Sequence record: OP870145.1
Origin: Escherichia phage vB_Eco_F26
DNA length: 64,000 nt
Strand: one strand, 5' to 3'
The position numbers were made by a program, and so were the translations under genes. Positions within the stretch are counted from its first letter, which is position 1; the number at the start of each line of letters is the position of its first letter. Positions 57,262 to 64,000 of this stretch are shown here, in pieces. The notes below the pieces were generated by a model. The model was not told the DNA's origin. It was given only the letters and a program-made list of their open reading frames with translations, and did no database searches.

Positions 57262-59030
57262 AAAAGCCACAAGAAATGCAAACGATGCGTAGAAAAGTTA
57301 TTTCAGATAATAAACCAACACAGGAAGCGGCTAAATCCGCTTCTAATACTTTATCTGGACTTAATGATATATCTACGAAATTGGATGATGCTCAAGCTGC
57401 CTCTGAATTAATAGCTCAAACTGTCGAAGAAAAATCGAATGAAATAATTGGAGCAATTGATAACGTAGAAAGCGCAGTGAGTGATACTACTGCCGGTTCT
57501 GAGTTAATTGCTGAAACTGTCGAAATTGGCAACAATATTAATAAAGAAATTGGTGAATCACTCGGAAGCAAATTAGATAAATTAACGAGTTTATTAGAAC
57601 AAAAAATTCAGACAGCTGGAATTCAACAGACTGGGACTAGTTTAGCCACAGTTGAAAGCGCTATTCCTGTTAAAGTCGTTGAGGATGATACTGCTGAATC
57701 TGTGGGTCCTTTATTACCAGCTCCCGAAGCAGTTAATAATGATCCTGACGCTGATTTTTTCCCTGCCCCTCAACCAGTTGAACCCAAACAAGAATCACCA
57801 GAAGAAAAACAGAAAAAAGAAGCATTTAACTTAAAATTATCTCAAGCTTTAGATAAATTAACAAAGACAGTTGATTTTGGATTTAAGAAATCCATTTCAA
57901 TTACTGATAAAATATCAAGCATGCTATTTAAGTACACCGTCAGTGCTGCTATTGAAGCTGCTAAAATGACTGCAATGATATTGGCTGTTGTTGTTGGAAT
58001 AGACCTTTTGATGGTTCACTTTAAATATTGGTCAGATAAATTTTCGCAGGCTTGGGATTTGTTTAGTACAGACTTTACTAAATTCTCTAGCGAAACCGGA
58101 ACATGGGGTCCTTTATTACAGAGCATCTTTAGTTCTATTGATGAAATTAAAAAGTTCTGGGAAGCGGGAGATTGGGGTGGATTAACAGTAGCTATTGTTG
58201 AAGGGCTTGGAAAGGTTCTTTTTAATTTAGGTGAACTTATTCAGCTTGGAATGGCTAAATTATCTGCTGCAATTCTTCGAGTCATTCCTGGCATGAAGGA
58301 TACTGCTGATGAAGTAGAAGGAAGAGCACTAGAAAATTTCCAAAATTCTACTGGAGCATCTCTCAATAAAGAAGACCAGGAAAAAGTTGCAAATTATCAA
58401 GATAAACGAATGAATGGAGACCTTGGTCCGATAGCAAAAGGATTAGATAAAATTGCTAATTGGAAAACTCGTGCATCTAATTGGATTCGTGGGGTTGATA
58501 ATAAAGAAGCACTGACTACCGACGAAGAACGTGCAGCAGAAGAAGAAAAATTAAAGCAACTTTCACCTGAAGAAAGAAAAAATGCTTTAATGAAGGCTAA
58601 TGAAGCCCGTGCCGCAATGATTCGCTTTGAAAAATATGCTGATTCAGCTGATATGAGTAAAGACTCAACGGTTAAATCAGTTGAATCTGCCTATGAAGAC
58701 CTTAAAAAACGGATGGATGACCCGGATTTAAACAATTCACCGGCAGTTAAAAAAGAACTTGCTGCTCGATTTTCTAAAATTGATGCTACTTATCAAGAGC
58801 TCAAGAAAAATCAGCCTAATGCCAAACCTGAAACTTCTGCTAAATCGCCAGAAGCGAAACAGGTCCAGGTTATTGAAAAGAACAAAGCACAGCAAGCTCC
58901 CGTTCAGCAAGCATCTCCTTCAATCAATAATACTAATAATGTTATTAAGAAAAATACTGTCGTTCATAATATGACACCCGTAACGAGCACAACTGCTCCT
59001 GGTGTATTTGATGCGACTGGAGTTAATTAA
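57258..59030 (+). CDS. 29: baseplate hub / tail length determinator gp29
   Basis: 590 aa; synteny. Confidence 0.9.
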   Translation: MKKPQEMQTMRRKVISDNKPTQEAAKSASNTLSGLNDISTKLDDAQAASELIAQTVEEKSNEIIGAIDNVESAVSDTTAGSELIAETVEIGNNINKEIGESLGSKLDKLTSLLEQKIQTAGIQQTGTSLATVESAIPVKVVEDDTAESVGPLLPAPEAVNNDPDADFFPAPQPVEPKQESPEEKQKKEAFNLKLSQALDKLTKTVDFGFKKSISITDKISSMLFKYTVSAAIEAAKMTAMILAVVVGIDLLMVHFKYWSDKFSQAWDLFSTDFTKFSSETGTWGPLLQSIFSSIDEIKKFWEAGDWGGLTVAIVEGLGKVLFNLGELIQLGMAKLSAAILRVIPGMKDTADEVEGRALENFQNSTGASLNKEDQEKVANYQDKRMNGDLGPIAKGLDKIANWKTRASNWIRGVDNKEALTTDEERAAEEEKLKQLSPEERKNALMKANEARAAMIRFEKYADSADMSKDSTVKSVESAYEDLKKRMDDPDLNNSPAVKKELAARFSKIDATYQELKKNQPNAKPETSAKSPEAKQVQVIEKNKAQQAPVQQASPSINNTNNVIKKNTVVHNMTPVTSTTAPGVFDATGVN

Positions 59031-59038
59031 GGAATAAT

Positions 59039-60133
59039 ATGGCAATTGTTAAAGAAATAACTACTGATTTAATTAAAAAGTCCGGTGAGAAAATTTCAGC
59101 CGGACAGAGCACTAAATCAGAAGTAGTAACTAAAACATATACTGCCCAGTTTCCAACTGGGCGTGCTAGTGGTAATGACACTACAGGGGACTTCCAGGTA
59201 ACAGATCTATATAAGAATGGATTATTATTTACTGCATACAATATGTCATCTAGGGATTCTGGAAGTCTTAGATCGATGAGATCTAACTACTCTTCTTCAT
59301 CTTCGAGTATTTTACGTACAGCTAAAAACACTATTAGTAGTACAGTATCAAAACTATCAAATGGATTAATATCAAATAATAATTCAGGAACAATAAGTAA
59401 AGCTCCTGTCGCAAATATTCTTTTACCGAGATCTAAATCTGATGTTGATACATCATCACATAGATTTAATGATGTTCAAGAAAGTCTTATCAGTAGAGGT
59501 GGAGGCACTGCTACCGGTGTGCTAAGTAATGTTGCTTCAACTGCAGTATTTGGGGCGCTGGAAAGTATAACACAAGGTATAATGGCTGATAATAATGAAC
59601 AGATTTATACGACAGCCAGAAGTATGTATGGTGGTGCTGAAAATAGAACTAAAGTGTTTACATGGGATTTGACTCCGCGTTCAACAGAAGATTTAATGGC
59701 TATTATTAATATCTATCAATATTTTAACTATTTTTCTTATGGTGAAACGGGTAAATCTCAATATGCTGCTGAAATAAAGGGGTATTTAGATGATTGGTAT
59801 CGTTCTACGTTAATTGAACCTTTATCTCCGGAAGACGCAGCTAAAAATAAAACACTATTTGAGAAAATGACAGCAAGTTTAACGAACGTTCTAGTAGTTT
59901 CAAACCCGACAGTTTGGATGGTGAAAAACTTTGGCGCAACATCTAAGTTTGATGGAAAAACGGAAATATTTGGTCCATGCCAAATACAGAGCATTAGATT
60001 TGATAAAACACCTAATGGTAACTTTAACGGATTAGCTATTGCTCCAAACCTCCCTAGTACATTTACTCTCGAGATTACTATGAGAGAAATTATCACGTTA
60101 AACCGTGCTTCTTTATATGCGGGGACTTTTTAA
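59039..60133 (+). CDS. 48: baseplate tail tube cap gp48
   Basis: 364 aa; synteny. Confidence 0.9.
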   Translation: MAIVKEITTDLIKKSGEKISAGQSTKSEVVTKTYTAQFPTGRASGNDTTGDFQVTDLYKNGLLFTAYNMSSRDSGSLRSMRSNYSSSSSSILRTAKNTISSTVSKLSNGLISNNNSGTISKAPVANILLPRSKSDVDTSSHRFNDVQESLISRGGGTATGVLSNVASTAVFGALESITQGIMADNNEQIYTTARSMYGGAENRTKVFTWDLTPRSTEDLMAIINIYQYFNYFSYGETGKSQYAAEIKGYLDDWYRSTLIEPLSPEDAAKNKTLFEKMTASLTNVLVVSNPTVWMVKNFGATSKFDGKTEIFGPCQIQSIRFDKTPNGNFNGLAIAPNLPSTFTLEITMREIITLNRASLYAGTF

Positions 60134-61056
60134 TGTATTCTTTAGAGGAATTTAATAATCAAGCAATAAACGCAGATTTCCAACGTAATAATATGTTTAG
60201 CTGCGTTTTTGCAACAACTCCATCAACTAAAAGCTCTTCGTTGATAAGTTCAATTAGCAACTTTTCTTATAATAACTTGGGCCTAAATTCAAATTGGTTA
60301 GGATTAACTCAAGGTGATATTAATCAGGGAATTACCACGCTAATTACAGCTGGCACACAAAAACTGATAAGAAAATCAGGGGTTAGTAAATATCTTATTG
60401 GTGCCATGAGTCAACGTACAGTTCAAAGTTTATTAGGCTCATTTACAGTTGGTACATATTTAATTGACTTCTTTAACATGGCATATAACTCATCTGGATT
60501 GATGATATATTCTGTAAAAATGCCAGAGAATAGATTATCCTATGAAACTGACTGGAACTATAATTCTCCTAATATTCGTATAACTGGAAGAGAATTAGAC
60601 CCTTTGGTTATTTCATTTAGAATGGATTCAGAAGCTTGTAACTATCGTGCAATGCAAGACTGGGTTAACGCTGTTCAAGACCCAGTAACTGGACTGCGTG
60701 CTTTGCCACAAGATGTCGAGGCAGATATTCAGGTTAATCTTCATTCTCGTAATGGATTGCCTCATACTGCGGTGATGTTCACCGGATGCATTCCAATATC
60801 AGTGAGCGGTCCTGAGTTATCATATGATGGAGATAACCAAATAACTACATTTGATGTTACTTTTGCGTATAGAGTGATGCAGGCTGGAGCGGTTGATAGA
60901 CAAGCTGCGCTTGAATGGCTTGAATCTGCTGCTATAAATGGTATTCAAAGCGTTCTCGGAAATAGTGGAGGTGTTACTGGACTATCTAATTCGCTTTCAC
61001 GACTCAGTAGATTAGGGGGAACCTCAGGAAGCATTTCAAATATTAGTATACTATGA
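60133..61056 (+). CDS. 54: baseplate tail tube initiator gp54
   Basis: 307 aa; synteny. Confidence 0.88.
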   Translation: MYSLEEFNNQAINADFQRNNMFSCVFATTPSTKSSSLISSISNFSYNNLGLNSNWLGLTQGDINQGITTLITAGTQKLIRKSGVSKYLIGAMSQRTVQSLLGSFTVGTYLIDFFNMAYNSSGLMIYSVKMPENRLSYETDWNYNSPNIRITGRELDPLVISFRMDSEACNYRAMQDWVNAVQDPVTGLRALPQDVEADIQVNLHSRNGLPHTAVMFTGCIPISVSGPELSYDGDNQITTFDVTFAYRVMQAGAVDRQAALEWLESAAINGIQSVLGNSGGVTGLSNSLSRLSRLGGTSGSISNISIL

Positions 61057-61104
61057 CAGGGATTGTCAATTCGCAGAGTAAAATATTAGGAGCAATATAA
61101 CAAT

Positions 61105-61130
61105 GGGGACCTTTCGGTCCCCATATTTTT
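61105..61130. terminator. intrinsic terminator between gene 54 and the alt region (GGGGACC-TTTC-GGTCCCC + T-run)
   Basis: Perfect 7-bp stem with tetraloop, followed by ATATTTTTATTT. Confidence 0.6.
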
Positions 61131-61419
61131 ATTTACGGAATGAAATGAAAGCAGAAACTGAAGCAACTAAACTGTCTTCAATATAAACTTCAATTTTTAC
61201 CGGAGCTTCTGACTCAAATTTACCTGTTACTACACCCTGAAAAATACTTTCAGTCTGTTCTGGCTTTGAAAAATTTTCAGAAGGAAAAATTCCAAACTTT
61301 TTATCTGTTCCGAAAATTTTGATAAATTCATCATAAACTGCTTCATTAAAAGCATTATCAGCAGGAATAACGCCTTCAACTACAAGTTCTTGACCTAAAA
61401 AGCGTAAAGAAGATTTCAT
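61129..61419 (-). CDS. hypothetical protein (96 aa; alt.-3 position)
   Basis: ORF. Confidence 0.55.
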   Translation of the reverse strand: MKSSLRFLGQELVVEGVIPADNAFNEAVYDEFIKIFGTDKKFGIFPSENFSKPEQTESIFQGVVTGKFESEAPVKIEVYIEDSLVASVSAFISFRK

Positions 61420-61451
61420 TTTGTGTTCCTCATGTTATGTCAGTAAGAATA

Positions 61452-61837
61452 CTATAACACAACATGAGGGACTTGTAAACTACATTTTGAACTTTTTAGT
61501 ACGCGTAATAGGCATGCGTCGATTTTATACTGTTTCATTGTTTGAAGAGCAGTATCAAAAACAGCATTAATGACACCAATTGGATTTCCACCCAAGTTTT
61601 TAAGCTTAACTAATGATAGTTTCTCATTAACACCTATCATTACGATATGCATCATTTTGTCGCCTGGTTTAACGTTTTATCTGTATCACCGCCAGAGGTG
61701 TATGTACAAAATCTAAATCCAGGAAGCACGCTTTCTTCGCCGGTTTGAATAGCAAAAATTTGTGGTATTTTATGCTTAGGATTTAAGTTAACAACCGGCG
61801 CCGAAGCGCCGTCAAATAATTATGTAATAAGTTCCAT
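61452..61837 (-). pseudogene. degenerate duplicate of the alt 5-prime end (codons ~1-125), interrupted by a stop at codon 6
   Basis: Minus strand reads MELIT*-LFDGASAPVVNLNPKHKIPQIFAIQTGEESVLPGFRFCTYTSGGD...MMHIVMIGVNEKLSLVKLKNLGGNPIGVINAVFDTALQTMKQYKIDAC, parallel to the Alt N-terminus; ORF track 61452..61655 is its 3-prime part. Confidence 0.6.
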
Positions 61838-61840
61838 GAT

Positions 61841-63937
61841 TTATCCTTGAACGAACTTGTAAGGCATGTTTGCAATATCTATGCAAGACGCAATAATTCC
61901 AAGAGATGATTCTACTTTCTGTTTAACATTTGATGAAACAAATGATGCAAAGTCAACTCTGTCTTCTATTTCAATATCACCTGTCATTGCAACTACTTCG
62001 CCAGTTTCCATTAGACGGTCACCGTCATAAATTACTGATTCGGTGAGTTCTTCCGTAGTCATAACTTCAGCTTGAATGAGTTTTGTATTATTAGATGTTG
62101 TTCCGTCATTATTAGAAGCATCAGTTATTTTATTAACTTTGACCATCAATCCGCGCGGTAGAATAACTTCAGCTTCTGTTGCTATTCCGAGACTTCCTGG
62201 ATATACAACATTAACTTTATGAGCTCCATCAATTGCCCATCCTATTTGAACTTTAACGTATTCAGGATTTTCTTTATACGCTCTTATTTCGTTTGGATTA
62301 ATAGTTATTCCTTCTTCATTTTTATCAACTGTTAATTCATTGCGAGCTTCTGGTTCTAAAAGACCGATACCAGCATGTGTAATTCCAAAACGTCCAAAAA
62401 TGATAGGAGTTAAAGAAGTAGATACAAAATTTCTGAAATAGAACACTTTATTTTTAACTAGTGCTTCGTATATAGGAGCAGTCATGCTTTGAGCACGATA
62501 AACTGTAATGCCTTCTGGTATACGGTCACCATTTTCAAAAGCTGAATCTAAATTATTTATCGCAGATTCAATTTCTTTTTCACTCATTACATCATATCGT
62601 TCTGGATTGTAGCGGCCTAAAAGAAGATTATTGATGTCAGTATATCCTGATCCACAATATTCTCTAATGCCGCGCTTTTGTGATGGAGTATATTTAGAAC
62701 CATCACGGGCAATAGTAATATCAATCATTGGACCTGCACCAATTCCAGAAAAACTATAAATCATTCGTTTGAGGAATTTAGTTTTTGCTGCGTTCCAGGA
62801 ATTTTTAGTTATTTCTTCCCAGACTTCATCTGGCTGTCCTTTACGGGTTTTATTATGTTTATCAAGCCAATTATCTTTATATTCTTCAAAGAATTTATTA
62901 ACAGCTGCTGCGTATTTCTCTAAACATTTTATTGAAGTAGTTGGTTCATTTTTAATCGCATTAAGAATTACATCTTTAATTTTTTCAGAAACTTCATCAA
63001 CCTCACTTTTTGAAAAGAATTTATAGTCATAGTGAAGTTCATTTGCAGTTCCTTCAGCAATAATTTTTGCTGCCTTAGTTTTAGAAGCTAATGAATTAAT
63101 TCCAAGCTTCATTTCTTCTGCTTCGGGAATTAAAGGAGCGGTAGCAGGTTTATTAAAATTAGCTGCGGTAGATTCATACTTCTGGAATAATTCACTTTCA
63201 AATCTAGAAGATTCTAATGATTGACTTTGCGCAATTGCTCTACGGGAAATTTTAACTTTAACAATAACAGCTTGGTCAGAACGTTTATCATTTTCTTGTG
63301 CAATAGATGCTGCAATTGCCTCATTTTTAGTTACTTGAGCTCCGGTATCTTTATTGATATAAACATCGCCGACCTTCGATTCAACTTTAGTAAAGAGCTC
63401 GGTACTAATTTCCGGAACTCCTGGAATGTCTTCTAGTGATACATTTTTGCGATGTATAAGAATATATGCATACTTTTTATCATAATCCCAGAGTTCCTTA
63501 AGAAGGACGTATCTGCCGCCTGAACGACTACGGATAAGTCTATCAGCAATAACTTGAATTTGTCGAGCTTGACCAGCAGTTTTAGACTTAAGAATACGAA
63601 GCATACAGGCATCAATTTTATACTGACGCATTGTTTGCATTGCAACAGTAAAAACTGAATTGATGTAATTAATTGGGCTTGGACCGAGACCTTTTAATTT
63701 AGCAATTGAACCTTTAGCAGTTAGTGTAAAAGGAACAATGTGCATCATTTTATCGCCCATCTTTAAATCACGGTTAGTATCACCTCCAGATGTATAGGTA
63801 CATAAACGAAAGCCTGGTTGTTCAATTGCGTCATCAACATGAACTGAAAAAATTTGCGGTATTTTCTTCTTTGGATTTAAGTTTGTAATCGGAAGAGTAG
63901 TATCTTCGTCAAATAATTCTGTAATTAGTTCCATCAT
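61841..63937 (-). CDS. alt: ADP-ribosyltransferase Alt (virion-packaged)
   Basis: 698 aa ORF (T4 Alt recalled as 682 aa); synteny after gene 54. Confidence 0.88.
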   Translation of the reverse strand: MMELITELFDEDTTLPITNLNPKKKIPQIFSVHVDDAIEQPGFRLCTYTSGGDTNRDLKMGDKMMHIVPFTLTAKGSIAKLKGLGPSPINYINSVFTVAMQTMRQYKIDACMLRILKSKTAGQARQIQVIADRLIRSRSGGRYVLLKELWDYDKKYAYILIHRKNVSLEDIPGVPEISTELFTKVESKVGDVYINKDTGAQVTKNEAIAASIAQENDKRSDQAVIVKVKISRRAIAQSQSLESSRFESELFQKYESTAANFNKPATAPLIPEAEEMKLGINSLASKTKAAKIIAEGTANELHYDYKFFSKSEVDEVSEKIKDVILNAIKNEPTTSIKCLEKYAAAVNKFFEEYKDNWLDKHNKTRKGQPDEVWEEITKNSWNAAKTKFLKRMIYSFSGIGAGPMIDITIARDGSKYTPSQKRGIREYCGSGYTDINNLLLGRYNPERYDVMSEKEIESAINNLDSAFENGDRIPEGITVYRAQSMTAPIYEALVKNKVFYFRNFVSTSLTPIIFGRFGITHAGIGLLEPEARNELTVDKNEEGITINPNEIRAYKENPEYVKVQIGWAIDGAHKVNVVYPGSLGIATEAEVILPRGLMVKVNKITDASNNDGTTSNNTKLIQAEVMTTEELTESVIYDGDRLMETGEVVAMTGDIEIEDRVDFASFVSSNVKQKVESSLGIIASCIDIANMPYKFVQG

Positions 63938-63957
63938 ATCCTCTCTAGTGTTTATTC

Positions 63958-63965
63958 TATTTATA
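63958..63965 (-). promoter_or_regulatory. late promoter TATAAATA for alt
   Basis: Minus-strand octamer 21 nt upstream of ATG 63937. Confidence 0.55.
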
Positions 63966-64000
63966 AAATTAAAGGCCCGAAGGCCTTTAGTAATCTAGTG

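Overview
The window is a contiguous ~64 kb segment of a T4-like (T-even, Tevenvirinae) myovirus genome, close to but not identical with phage T4. Lysozyme e, gp5, gp17, gp23, wac, uvsY and alt are recognisable directly from the translated ORFs. Product names are assigned from sequence recall and ORF length/synteny; no database search was possible. Layout: 1-11 kb is a minus-strand early/accessory region (GrcA-like gene, P-loop NTPase, four internal-protein genes with capsid-targeting sequences, lysozyme e, nudE, membrane proteins, and 10 tRNA genes with an embedded HNH endonuclease). 11-14.5 kb holds genes 57B-57A-1-3-2-4 (minus). 14.5-46.5 kb is the late morphogenesis block 53-5-(large unknown ORF)-6-7-8-9-10-11-12-wac-13-(HNH)-14-15-16-17-18-19-20-67-68-21-22-23-24 (plus). 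Then rnlB-hoc-inh (minus), uvsW-(HNH)-uvsW.1 (plus), uvsY-25-26 (minus), 51-27-28-29-48-54 (plus) and the alt region (minus). The most notable departures from T4 as I recall it are: (1) a divergent gp5 spike tip followed by a 678-aa unknown gene where T4 has small 5.1-5.4 genes; (2) a perfect 350-bp tandem duplication that creates an in-frame chimeric mini-ORF; (3) an internal-protein gene interrupted at a T6 homopolymer; (4) a tRNA set that adds Tyr, Asn and His (GUN anticodons); (5) three HNH homing-endonuclease genes at positions T4 does not use; (6) a P-loop NTPase operon next to a host-like GrcA gene; (7) Hoc with four Ig-like domains; (8) a pseudogenised duplicate of the alt 5-prime end.
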